The notes under the pieces are model-generated. The model worked only from the letters and a program-made list of their open reading frames with translations, did no database searches and had not been told where the DNA came from. A stretch of DNA of 64,000 nt from Haliotis rufescens (lineage: Eukaryota). Made by a program: the position numbers and the translations under genes. Of the stretch, positions 1 through 12,229 are shown one piece after another; within the stretch, counting starts at the first letter, position 1; each line of letters opens with the position of its first letter. The stretch is taken from NCBI RefSeq assembly GCF_023055435.1, contig NW_025964001.1, positions 29,078,001-29,142,000 of the forward strand. Reading direction: 5' to 3'.

Positions 1-147
1 TTCCTATGAGCGGATATAAGGTGTATATTATGTTAAATAATAAAAATTGAACACATGTCACAGATTCAATGGTCACTACTTCAACAAAGGACGCTTTTTA
101 CCGATATATTTCTATAAAAGAGTTAAAGTTAGTTTAAAATAGGTTAC

Positions 148-523
148 CTATCATGTCAAGTACGTCTTCTAGGAGATTTTGTGGTGAAGATTCTTCTGCC
201 GCATGAAACATCTTGTCGCTTGAGGTATTGTTCAGGATGCTTGGAACATTATTCATAGGCACAAATCTGCATTGGGTTTGTGTTAGAGGGTGGTTTCTGC
301 AAGGCTGGGAACTATATCTGGTGTTGCTTGCCGCCGGTAGGGTTCCACTGTAGTCTGGACAACTCCATGGGTTCTCTTGGGATACAATTAGAAGAGCCGG
401 CTCGTACATTTGTTGTGGGTCATCCAGACCTGGAAACTTTGTCATATCCAGATTGTAGGTGATGTCGGTTTCGATGAACAGAGGCTGTTGCAGTCGCAGG
501 GGCACAGGAACACCAACCTCCAT
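148..523 (-). CDS. Paralogue A of uncharacterised 'QPLxIDT-LDMSKFPGLDDP' family, coding exon 1 (exon 2 lies beyond the window start)
   Basis: Translates MEVGVPVPLRLQQPLFIETDITYNLDMTKFPGLDDPQQMYEPALLIV...NLLEDVLDMI. Phase-1 donor ATAG|GTAACC at 148/147, equivalent to the donor in the other paralogues. An in-frame upstream ATG at 541 is an alternative start. Confidence 0.85.
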
Positions 524-604
524 TTCAGTATATCTCCTCATGCTTGTGGATGTGGAATGGACAATGATATCATAACATGTTTCAGCTGTACATCATCTTC
601 GCTG

Positions 605-970
605 GACCAATCAAGTTACACGCCTGTACCTTCACCATCAGGGCTAAGCCAATCAGAACAGATGTCTCATTGAGTAGCGGGCTGGAGTGAGTTATGATAA
701 CAAATTACGTCAGTTAGGTGCACGCTAATGCTGCTATTTACGGCTGAATTGTAACATGTGGCGGGGATTAGTCACGGGTGGATTGAGTGTAGATAGACAG
801 CGGTGGACAAGCCCCCTTCATTCACCTGCACTTAACCCTCATCAGTTTAATCGCCATGTCTACACAACTCCTCCCGCGGCACACTAAGGGACATTATGCA
901 AATGTTTTTGTTCGATGGGCAAGAACTGTAATCCGTGATGTAATTTAATGGGTGGTGTATACTACTTCAA
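605..970 (-). promoter_or_regulatory. Upstream region of A: two CCAAT boxes plus a block conserved with the upstream region of B
   Basis: CCAAT at 607-611 and 649-653 (TGATTGG on the sense strand). Collinear motifs at 753-967 are shared with 8680-8905. Confidence 0.6.
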
Positions 971-2444
971 GGGGCAATAAATGGATCCGTGTTGTTATTT
1001 TGAGCAATATTCCCTTCTTGTCTGAACAATGTACGCTTGTAAATTATCCCAATAATGTATTCTTAACATGATATTATGTATTTATTATTCATACCAAATG
1101 CATCAAGTGTACTTTCATCTCGATAGGATAATGTGAAGTGCAGCACTAAATCGTTTAATATATATGAGGCAGTACATTTAGATGTAGATTGTTTTGAATA
1201 TGTATGAATGAAGACGTGCAGTTTTATCAACGCATAAAGGAATATTCGATCTTTTCGTCTCAAACTCTTTTCTATAATGGTATTATGGAAGACCCAAACT
1301 TAAACTCGGACGCTGGATCCCAGTTTGATGAACGCTCCGACAACTTGTGAAATGTCGAGACGGAGCCAAGCTTAAACGATTTCCCGCTTTCCCAATACTC
1401 AACATTATTGATTTACTGCTGACTATAATACACTAGCACATGTTTCGTATTGATTCTTAGAAACGTTAGTTCAGTGAGCCACTAGAACAAGAACTGACAC
1501 GATGGAAGGTAACGGGCAAAACTCCATAAACTATTTTGTATCACCACGGCCCGTTATACTTCGATAACTACTGTCACATGTCTACACACAATTCTTTTTC
1601 ATGCTACCATGGACTTTCATGTAATAAATTCGCACAAATATATAAGAAGATATCAATAGAAAATTACATTGTCCAATGCATGTGTCCACTGGAGTACATC
1701 GAAAAAAATAAATATTATTGTAGTTATGTTTATGTGGGAATTATGAAAAAGTGATATAGATAATACAGACGGTTTAGGTCGAGTGAAATTCAAATGAGAT
1801 TTATCTATTGTAATATTCTGATCGTTGTCAAAGCAAACTGGATACGAGCACTGGAAGTTAGTGAAATGTGAATCATTTGACAACGCTGTTGCTATCATCA
1901 CTTCATTTAGACTTAAAAAGGTGGTATATATGTATTTGTTCTATAATGTATTTGATAGAATTTACATTGTAAGTGTCCTTTCATTTGTATAAATATATTC
2001 CAATATTAAACGTAGAATGTTGCCACTGTAATATATTTTACTAATCACAATTGCAAAACATACCAACAAACATCTGCCCGCCATACATAAAACAAATTAA
2101 TTTATGAGTTTATGATGTAGCACTGCATGATGGATCATATGTTTAAGGATGTGACATTAAATATATACATCATTGTCATTGTTGTCATTGTATGTCATTG
2201 TTTTGTCGAAAATATATACAGAAGAAGAACATTTTTTTGTGTCACACATCATATGTTACATTATCATGATCATTTTAAAATACAATAAATAAAAATATTT
2301 TTTTCAGTGCGCTTAGCGTGTTGATGAAGGGAAGACAAACTGAAAAGGATCAACCACTAGTTTTTGATTTGATACCCTCTCGCATGCAGATATTTAGCAT
2401 TGGATTGTCATACTTTTCTGTCGTACTGCTACCTCTTGTAGGAA

Positions 2445-2606
2445 AGGGTCGATGAGGGAGTCTTGTGCTTGAAGCGCGAACTCGTCACGCCGAAGACCCG
2501 GGTTCGATTCCACACATCGGTACAATGCGTGAGGCCCATTTCTGGTATCACCGCCTTCATAATGCTGGAATATTTGTAAAAGCGGCATAAAACGACACTC
2601 ACTCAC
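2445..2606 (+). mobile_element. tRNA-derived SINE, family 1 (degenerate head)
   Basis: B box GGTTCGATTC, body matches 28264-28429, (ACTC)n tail, imperfect TSD TCTTGTA(G/A)GAA. Confidence 0.85.
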
Positions 2607-2781
2607 TTCTTGTAAGAAGCCTGCAAACTTCGACCAATTGAACGCATATACATGGTGTCCAGCCCATGTTTCAAACCTCAGCTGCATTCCATGCATCTTA
2701 ACAACACCAGAAAAATACTTGAGGGTGTGAATCTTTACCGCGTATAGGAAGCAAAATTTAATAAATCTCAGTTCATCTTAA

Positions 2782-3434
2782 AGGGGAAGTGTACACGCAA
2801 AAATCACTTTCTTTCTTTTTCTAAACAAAACGCAATTTTAGAATGAATTAGTATCTGTGTTTGAAAATATACACTCATTTTTTTTCACAGTGAAAGTAGG
2901 AAGCTCACAATAGTGTTAAAATGATATGCCGTTATGAGGCCTTCGTTTTACGAGCGAAACAGGCCTGAGTTATCCCCCTTTGATTATGACGTAATTGGTG
3001 CCAATTCAACTGGGTCCCTGTCTATTCTCAACGCAAAAGATATCAAGGACCAGTTTGCGGTAAAACAACATGGTCTACGACACACTCCGGCGCAGTAGTG
3101 ACTCAGCATAACACAATTCTGGCTGGCATCTGAGATGCTAGAATCACAAAACTGTACCTACACCACGTGAAGCGGCTCTAACAAAGCATGATGACGTCAT
3201 AATGTTTATCAATTGGCACCAATGACGTCATATTGCAAGGGGCATAAGCCATGGTGTTTTTGTGATGGAAATAGAACACTTGGTAAATGTGAAAAATATA
3301 AATCGTTTTATTGCAAAAAATATGTTAATTAAATATGATGTTTTTATATTTTTGTCTATGACACTTCTATGTTAACACTTTTAATGTGGAAAAAGTACAA
3401 GAAAAATTGGTTCATTTCCGTGTGAACTTGCCCT
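2782..3434. mobile_element. Non-autonomous DNA transposon (MITE) with TTAA target site, Kolobok-like
   Basis: TTAA on both sides (2778-2781, 3435-3438). Termini AGGGGAAGTGTACACGCAAA and revcomp AGGGCAAGTTCACACGGAAA match 16/20. Internal inverted repeat ~2967-3006 vs ~3211-3249. Confidence 0.75.
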
Positions 3435-3829
3435 TTAAGTAAGGATAAGATGTAGGGATGAACAACGTTTTTACTGCAATTAGGAACAACGTTTCGATGA
3501 AGGTTCTAACACAGTTATCAAGCAAGTAACCTACACCGAGACATCGCCCTCTAATTGTTATAAACAAGTTGTTCAAACATATATCTTATCCCATACTAAG
3601 TACTCAACTTCTAAATGCCTCTCAAGAAGGAACAAATGTAAGTCAAATCATCCTGACAATCCCAAGAGGCGACGGGGAAGTCTTGATATCAAAACTGACA
3701 CTCCTGTCACCGAAGACTATGTGTGAAGCCTATTGCTGTCGTCTTCCTTCATGTTATTGTTAGACAAAAAGGGACCGTTTCCAAAATCATAAGAAATCAT
3801 TGTCCGCATTTCCATTATATCATGAACAG

Positions 3830-4790
3830 GTGTAAATGAATCACAATCAAATTTTAATGATACCAGGTGTTCGTGAAAAGGTGAGCATTTCCTGCCTCAC
3901 CGAGTGCTCCCGTCACAAACACATGCGAAGACAAGTCAATTGTACCATGGGACACATGTACCACATGTCAAAACAAGGAATTGCATCGGCCATAATTTTT
4001 ATCACTGACGCGTCAAATTTGGAAACGTCCTCCATATGTCTGCCATAAAACTCTTTGACAGCTTTACTGAGGCCTTGAATGTTTGAAATCTCGGAGTATT
4101 GCATTGGACAAAACTTTTGTCAGTCATGCTTCAAATTATGAAATGCCCATACGTATCTACCATAAAACTGCTTTGATGGCTTGAACGTTGTATCCGTGAT
4201 CAAACAACTTTTGTGTGAGAGTGGCCCCACGATATGACGCTCTTTCAAATCTTCGTAAAAAAACATTCTCAATTGAACCTAACAAAATGTGAGATGTAGA
4301 CACCAAAGGCTTGATCTGCTGGAATATGATCGACATAAAGGGATAGGGTTATTGGAAACTTGAAGTCAACCCCCTTGTCTTACAGCCGTGTGGAGAAATG
4401 TTTGTCACTCTGAATCTAAATGCACAGATCTGTATATGAGGAAGATGAGGCGGTATCACTGGCCTCTTTTATTTCGAGCTCAGGTGGGTAAATCAGTAGA
4501 AGGCAATTGGCTATTGGACCATTTATGAACGATATAGGATTATGGATATAGCTGAAGCTTAAAGTTAAACTTCTTGGCCAAATTAATTTTTTTTATTTTG
4601 CCCATCCTAGCAGAAATTCTTATTCATAAGTAGAAATAGATCAGCAAGAGTACGGGTCTTCCGGAAGCGCTCGTTAAATCTCCAACATCATCATCAACAA
4701 AAAGTGAAGCACAATTGGTGCCCTGGGGATGCCTATCTCTGGTCTAAATGTCTCATCCCTTTCATATAGATGGTATCAATGAGGAAGTCC
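3830..4790 (-). mobile_element. Decayed Penelope-like retroelement, RT C-terminal region
   Basis: Minus-strand remnants IGIP.GTNCA (~4740-4710), RL.DKGVDFKFP, FGVYISHFVR and FYGR; many stops and frameshifts. Homologous to 33240-33620. Confidence 0.7.
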
Positions 4791-4871
4791 AGGACTCACT
4801 CCCCCATGACAAATACTATTTACACGTAATGAAGAGGAACCGCCCTTTATCCTGGTGAATATGGTACATAT

Positions 4872-5002
4872 NNNNNNNNNNNNNNNNNNNNNNNNNNNNN
4901 NNNNNNNNNNNNNNNNNNNNNNNNNNNNNNNNNNNNNNNNNNNNNNNNNNNNNNNNNNNNNNNNNNNNNNNNNNNNNNNNNNNNNNNNNNNNNNNNNNNN
5001 NN
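4872..5002. other. Assembly gap
   Basis: Run of N. Confidence 1.
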
Positions 5003-6525
5003 CAGTAACATATTTAATACAAATACGAACCAGCGCACACAGGGATACAAAATTTCTCAGCAATGTGGAGGGGAATTTGCAAAGGGATGTGTATTCCATA
5101 TTGTAATTGTGGTCCGACAATACAGCTTAATGCCAATCGTTTTATATCAATGCTCACAACAGTTCGTATTTGTTTATGACGGGTTTTCGTTAAATGTTAC
5201 GCGTGTTTCGTGTGTTCTTCGGTGTGTGCTCGTAAGGAAAACAATCTGCACAAAGTGAACTTATTGTACTTGTATTAAGTGAATAAGGAAACGTACAACT
5301 TTATGGATAACATCTTCTGGTTTATTGCATATAGCGACGGTTGTATGTAGATCACGCTAGAACTAGAATGCCAATCAAACAGCATTAAGTGTACCGCTGG
5401 TAAGTCTTTTGTGTGGCATCACATTTTGGTGCATGTTTGAGATAGGTAACCCTAAATACATGTCAGTCTAAACTGTTAATTTTAAATGTTCTCTGTGAAC
5501 GATCCTTTTAACATTTCGACATGAGCAGGTTGATTTTCTTTGGATGGTGTTGAAGGAAGAACACTATATGTTTAACAAAATCATCTTGGATCAGAGACAT
5601 GTTAATAGTTATGTTATCTGTTCTTTAAGTTCGGAATGAAGATTTTTCACCCACTTTATTCAAACCAATATGCTCATGCCTCTGTTACTCTGAACATGTT
5701 ACATATTGTTTATAACAAGAAATATAGTTTCTTGTAACTTTATATTTGACATTTCCAGTTGAACAAATAAGTCCCTCGTCCTTTGATTGCATCTAAGACT
5801 ACCGACAATGAGATATAGTGTGTTGCGATGGAAATTAAAATGTCAAAGTACCGTCCTCATATATAATCCCTGATATAACTGCACTTATCACAAAGCCCCA
5901 CTGATATACCTTCTTATCAAAGTAATAAACACACTTTGTCAGCACATAGTTACAAAGTAAATATGTCGGTAAATTCTTTACATAAGTATATGATCTTTAT
6001 ATGAACCCGTTATGCAATATCTTACCACAACCTTTCTACTTCTCGCAGGGAGCTGCCTGATGGGGGTTCTCGCGGAGGTCGTCCGATAAGTGGCATTGTT
6101 AACACAGGGAATGTGCACTGCTACATAGACCAATCCCACCATCTAATTGTATTCAGCCCCTGGGTGTATTTCAAGTTTATGTCACGGTTTGGCAGATTAC
6201 CTGATAACTGATTTGACAGGAGTTGATAATTACCGACTTCCTAAGCCCTTGATTTGAAGATATTTAATCGTACTTGTAAACATTGCATCACGTATTGTTA
6301 AAGCATTCTCTGCAGAGACGTGGGAATATCGCTGACAAAGATGAGAGCTTCCTGTTATCATAGGTGGTTTTGCAGATTTGGTCTTTCCTTATATATGTTG
6401 GAGTGAATACATCTTGAATGGTTTGCATAACAACAGCTGTCCAAGTTAACATAATACATAAGGAAGTAGTAAAACATTGTTTTGGATATTTGTTAAAGCA
6501 TGGTAACATAATACATGACCTTAGT

Positions 6526-6742
6526 TAGTTAGTTTGTTTGTTTGTTTGTTTGTTATTTAACGCCACACTCAGCAATATTCCGAAATACGCATCAGTCGGA
6601 AAGCGCACGTTAAATCTCCAAAGTAAGTAAGTAAGTAAGTAATATTCCAGCTATATGACGGCGGTCTGTAAATAATCGAGTCTGGACCAGACAATCCAGT
6701 GATTGACATCATGAGCATCCATCCGCGCAATTGGGATCGATG
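6526..6742 (-). mobile_element. SINE family 2, 5'-truncated, carrying a nested LINE-tail insertion
   Basis: Matches 7857-8126 in reverse. 13-bp TSD ACATGACCTTAGT (6513-6525, 6743-6755). Confidence 0.9.
6582..6640 (+). mobile_element. 59-bp 3' tail of an I/Nimb-like LINE with (AAGT)n end, inserted in a SINE
   Basis: Reverse complement of 46688-46746. TSD AATATTCC (6574-6581, 6641-6648). Confidence 0.85.
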
Positions 6743-7216
6743 ACATGACCTTAGTGGTTCATCTCTCCACTGTTGCTGATATATAGGTATGACATGGACA
6801 TTAATACATAAAATAAAAATAAAAAACTACCCACACACAACTAAGGTTATTTCAAAAGAAACTAAAAACATGATATCTGTCCTTCAGTTGATTTTTATTG
6901 TTCGTACTTAGACGAAACCATTTTGTTGCTTCGGGGGATGGAACCCGTACATCCATAAAATAGAAATGTAAGTCATCCTGTTACCAAGCAAATGAGTAAA
7001 ATATACTTTATATGTATATATTCATGTAATGTTGAATGATCCATAACATATCTGTATGAACACACTGTTACCTCTTCATATAGTGAATTGGTGCAGAAAA
7101 AAACAATACGGTAAAATACATTTGGCATCCGGGAATGTTCATAGCACCTTTAAGAAAATTATTTCTCATATAAGTATAATGATATAAATTAAATATAAAA
7201 TTGTAAGATAATGCCT

Positions 7217-8501
7217 TTACGTCACAACACGTCTTGTAAACGGTGGCACTTGCTGATATCCAAGATACGATCCATGGTAACCATAGTAACGACCAATATC
7301 GAAAGTATCGAGTCCTTTACATTGTCGCTTTTGTATGTCAGATTCAAACCCGTCATGTGTTCGCTTCCTCTTGTAAGATACACTATCTTTGACAGCTGAC
7401 AAGGACTGCAGATTACGCACACAGTCAGAAATCCGACGTAATCCAGTATCACCTGTTGGACATGAAGGTGTGTTGTTCTGGACGTGTCTCGCGCCATGGA
7501 AGAATCTGTAATGTATGTGTCCATTCTGCTGGTAATTCCTTGATAACAGAGGTGGGTGTGACAGATCAGAGTGACACAGACGAGGTGTATTCGTGTTTGG
7601 TACTATCGTATTGCTTGAAGTTGTACTCTCTGGAATCTTCATTAATCGTTCAAGTAATCCGTCCGCGCAGGTATCTGAAGAAAAGGAATAATTAATTCGA
7701 TTTAGTGATAATGTAAAGCACATACCAGCAAGAAAATCGACATTATAAACGTTTTTTATCCTGACGTCGTTAATTATTTTTTATACTGATCAAACTTATC
7801 AACAGCAGCATCAGAAATTGATAAGGAAGGAGTCATCAGTAGTCAACAATAAACGACCCGTGAAGATTCCGGGGTAGAATAGGTCTTCAGCAACCCATGC
7901 TTGCCGTATAGGTGACTATGCGTGTCGTAAAAGGCGACTAACGGGATCGGGTGGTCAGGCTCGCTGACTTGGTTGATGCATGTCATCGATCCCAATTGCG
8001 TGGATCGATGCTCATGATATTAATCACTGGATTGTCTGGTCCAGACATGATTATTTACAGACCGCCGTCATATAGCTGGAATATTGCTGAGTGCGGCGTT
8101 AAACAACAACCCAACCAACCAACCAATCAACAATAAACGAAATATTTACCTATCACATTGAGAATATCCTCCAAGATATGTCCACAAGATGCATCAGAAT
8201 GATTGCTAATGTTGTTGTCGGGAAACTTGGAAGGTGTATACACGTGCCTTGGATACTGCACACAACAGGAGGACATGGCATTGTCAACATCTGTAACTTC
8301 ACTGGGCGGAATGGTATATGCACAATGATAGAAATAGTTTGAAACTGTGTCCGGTGTGGCGATCAACAATGCTGGCTGCTGAAGGTGGGAGGGGTCGTCC
8401 AGGCCAGGGAACTTGGACATATCCAAACTGTAGTTAATGTCCGTGTCGATGTAGAGCGGCTGTTTTAGTTGCGGAGACACTGTAGCAGCTGGATGTAACA
8501 T
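7217..8501 (-). CDS. Paralogue B, join(8501..8150, 7674..7217), ~269 aa
   Basis: CACCATG start. QPLYIDTDINYSLDMSKFPGLDDPSHLQQPALLIAT. Donor ATAG|GTAAAT and acceptor CTTCAG|AT join in frame. Exon 2 contains KRKRTHDGFESDIQKRQCK (bipartite NLS-like). Confidence 0.85.
7857..8126 (+). mobile_element. SINE family 2, full length, in the intron of gene B
   Basis: 14-bp TSD TCAACAATAAACGA (7843-7856, 8127-8140). Tail GCTGGAATATTGCTGAGTGCGGCGTTAAAC followed by (CAAC)n. Confidence 0.92.
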
Positions 8502-8679
8502 GGTGAAGCAGATCTACAATATACTTCTCTGCTCGAAGGCACACTTGCTATGAATGAACTGAGCTGTTGAGTTGTCATATGTGCCCAGTCCATCAACCCT
8601 TGATTAGTCTGTTTCTCTGGTGTGCTACCTGTTTATGGAGCTAAGCCGGTTTAAATATGTAATTTAAATTTGAGCTGGC

Positions 8680-8905
8680 AACATGTGCTTCCTATTAGTC
8701 ACGGTTGGTTTCTTAGGCATATCGCCATCTTTTGACAGACGCCGTGTGGTGTTTACAGTGGTCTCTCATCAGTGACTTCCCAATCACCCTGTCTACACAT
8801 TCTCAGCGGGGTTCACGCGGAGACAGGTCATTACACAAATGTTGTTACAGGCAGTGAAATTAATTCACCTTCGTGACGTAATATAATGGATGGGTTGTAC
8901 TACTT
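8680..8905 (-). promoter_or_regulatory. Conserved upstream element of B, homologous to 753-967
   Basis: Seven collinear motifs shared with the upstream region of A, with near-identical spacing. Confidence 0.6.
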
Positions 8906-11900
8906 AACCGAATTCATAATTGGCAATCTGAAGTTTATGGTAAGCTAACTATGTTTATATAGTGTCAAATATATTCTGTGGGTAATTTCATAGAGGCCAA
9001 AATGTGTGAAAATATTTCTTTACGTTGTTCTTGTGTTTATCTTGGCACATGTACCATAAGATGTATGTATTGGTTCCAAAAAATGCAGTATTAGTTTTTT
9101 TGAAACAGAAATACATATGTATTAATTCTTATCGGAAATAATTATATATGTACAACAAAATAATTGAAGATTGCCACATATAAGTTAACGTGCTATATGC
9201 ATGCAAAAACCTTGCTTTCAACAATATTTATGTACACCGTGTCCAGATTAGTTTCTCTCCGAAATTATATTCTCAAGTGCCATGTTATGTACTTTACATT
9301 TAAACTGCGCATAGAATAATACACACAAAGAATACTCGTTTTAAATTTCCATAACAAAATATTTATCATGAAAACATACATCTTTGATTTGAATGTATAT
9401 TTGCATGATAAGAGACATTAATAATTCGGAAACCTGCTTACAGCCGTACATCAGATACAGTACAATATATAATACACGAGGCAAAAACGTTGTTTAAGTT
9501 AATAATAATATTGTGGCGTTGGAAGTAATATCCGTGTAAAAAATGAAATCTCTCATGTTTGAAATAAGGGCACAGGAACAAACATAGATTTTGATCTCCA
9601 AGATAAGAGTTGCATACATGACATTTTGTCATTGACAAGTTTATTGAACAACCTCCTAACTTCAATGGTTAATGAATGATTCGAAGCATGGAATTTTAAA
9701 AAAGGATAGCGAGGGAAAATAATCTGAAGTAAATATTATTTTAACAAAAGTTTGATTTGATGCAACTATAATATCTACCTTTTGATGATAAGAGCATGGA
9801 GATTGGCCACATCTTGGAGGATCCTTTAGCATCAACCATTGCCTAGAGAATATACAGGTTATTCCAACCACAACTATCCAAAATATGTTTGTTACATAAA
9901 AAAACACGGGAGACAATATACTCTGTCAATAAATGTCCTTTATAAACCTTTGTATGTAATAACTGAAAACCTATTTTCTTTTTGTTTTGGAAACATCAAT
10001 TTAAACCAAAAGCCTAACGTCCTTTTCTTAAACAAAACATCTCAGGCACACGATCTGTTTCTCAATAAAGCATGTGCTCCTTCGTAATTTGAGGCTTAAT
10101 GTTAAAAATAACTTAAGTCATTCTAAACCCTAGATTTCACGACGCTACAAGGGGACTGGAGAAATCATATGATCAAAGGCGATAAATAGATAAAAATGAC
10201 AAAAGAAAAAATTCCATGATCATACGAAAACACTACTAAAAGCATAGTTTGGTCTACAATTCCGACTATATCTTAAGCATGTGTTTATGAATCATTATGA
10301 AATAGTCATGATACCAGGTGTTCGCGAAAAAAATCTTGTTCAACTGGTAGTACCCTATACAAACACATGTAAAGGCAAATCAGTTGTTAACCTGTAAGAT
10401 CACAGGAACATATGATTCAAGTCAAATTTTGAAATGTCATCCACATTGGTTGGGAGGTTCAAAATTCTAGTTCCAGATAACGGCAAATACACTGCGTTTA
10501 ATCCTTGCTCCTTTGACATGTAACAGACTCATTAGTTTTTCTAATTATATGATATTTAACACCCAAACATGTATCCTTATAATAAATATATGGAATATTA
10601 CCGCTGATTGTAAATACATAATTCATACTTCGAACATCACACCAAATATGACAGCCTTTGTTGTAAATGTTAATTATAGGCTTCCTGGTGACACAGACAG
10701 GCAGACAATAGTTTATTAATGTCTCACTTCTGTACATACATAAAACAGCTTGGTACAACTTGACAAAGATAGAATGTACAGAACCATTCAAAAGAATTAT
10801 GAGTGACAAATTATCATAAAATTTATACACAAATGATATAAAGATGATATAGTAAAACGTTGTCCATATATAAGATGCCTTCTACGATTAAGAATTAAAA
10901 AGCAGACTTTGGCAAGTATAAAACACACACTGGAGTCACTGAAAATTAAACAAAGTTTGTCGATATCAGGTTTATCTAAAACTTTATAAGATTTAACAAT
11001 ACATACATTAAAAAGAGTTGCCCTGATATCGTCACATAATACGCAGTGAAACAAAACATGGACATCGTCTTCTACGCTGACATTACAGTGAAAACATTTT
11101 CTATCGTGGACAGGTATACCTTCGTGTATTCATTCATACACCATTGTTCCACAACATTGTTGTTGACACAAGATTCATCAAATATCTCTACACAATACTG
11201 TTAGTCTTCCCTTTGTGATGCATTCTTTGTCTGTTGAAGTAAGAACCACGGATGATAAAGAGTAAAACGTGACGGATGTGTATTATATAATTGATCTGTT
11301 CAAACGATAAACTAAGTATGAAGACCTGTGTTTCATTTGAACACAAATACTTGTATTTCTTTTCTGAAATGTACTAGGGGCTTGGTTAATCTCCATCAGT
11401 TAACTGTCTCTCATTTCAATGTTACTCATTGTTATGTCACGAACGTACCACAACTATTCTGTTTATGGTTATATACGCGTGACTGGTATGGCTATTTAGG
11501 CGGGGAAAGAAATAACACATGCAAATGCTAAACATTCGATTACAACTTCAGACTATTTTACATTTTCATATGTATAATATGATGGATATCTGACAAATGA
11601 ACCATTACATGTGAAGTTCCTCAGTTACATTTATTATTAAACATTGGGCGCGTAGAGCATTTCACGCTTCATATCACTTTCATCAGCTGTTGTTCATGCA
11701 TCAAATGAACTACATGTATTCAGAATGCAACACATGAGAACGAAAATTAATATGAAAGATTGGGGTAACAAATGAAGAATCAGTGACAATATGTGTCTCA
11801 TTCATTTATTAATTTAGGTAATTGTAGAAAAATATTTATCTGTACCTGCATATTTATGTACGTTTGATGTTTCTTCCAGCAAATTATTGGTTTTGCTACA

Positions 11901-12229
11901 GAAATAAATACCAATTTGACAAAATAACAAAAGCAGACAAGCTATGCTTTGTCTCAATTGCAATACATGCACAGGGACACTGGTAACAGGTATGTTTTAT
12001 AGGAGAAGATTAGTGTTTAATTTACATAAACATGCACGTATTAACTCCACTCACTTTTGCAATATTGAACTTCAGTGTAAATTTAATAATTTATCACCCC
12101 TCTTTATCATCTGGTATGAAATAATGCAACATGTGACTATTATTTTTAATAATATTTTAATAATAGTTACAAGACCTTTCCATGATAGTGAGAAATCTCT
12201 GCTAAAAGCAGAGTTGGTTCTACGATTAT

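Noticed and set aside
4776-5120. ORFs spanning N runs (also 34332-34782)
   Set aside because: Open only because of assembly gaps.
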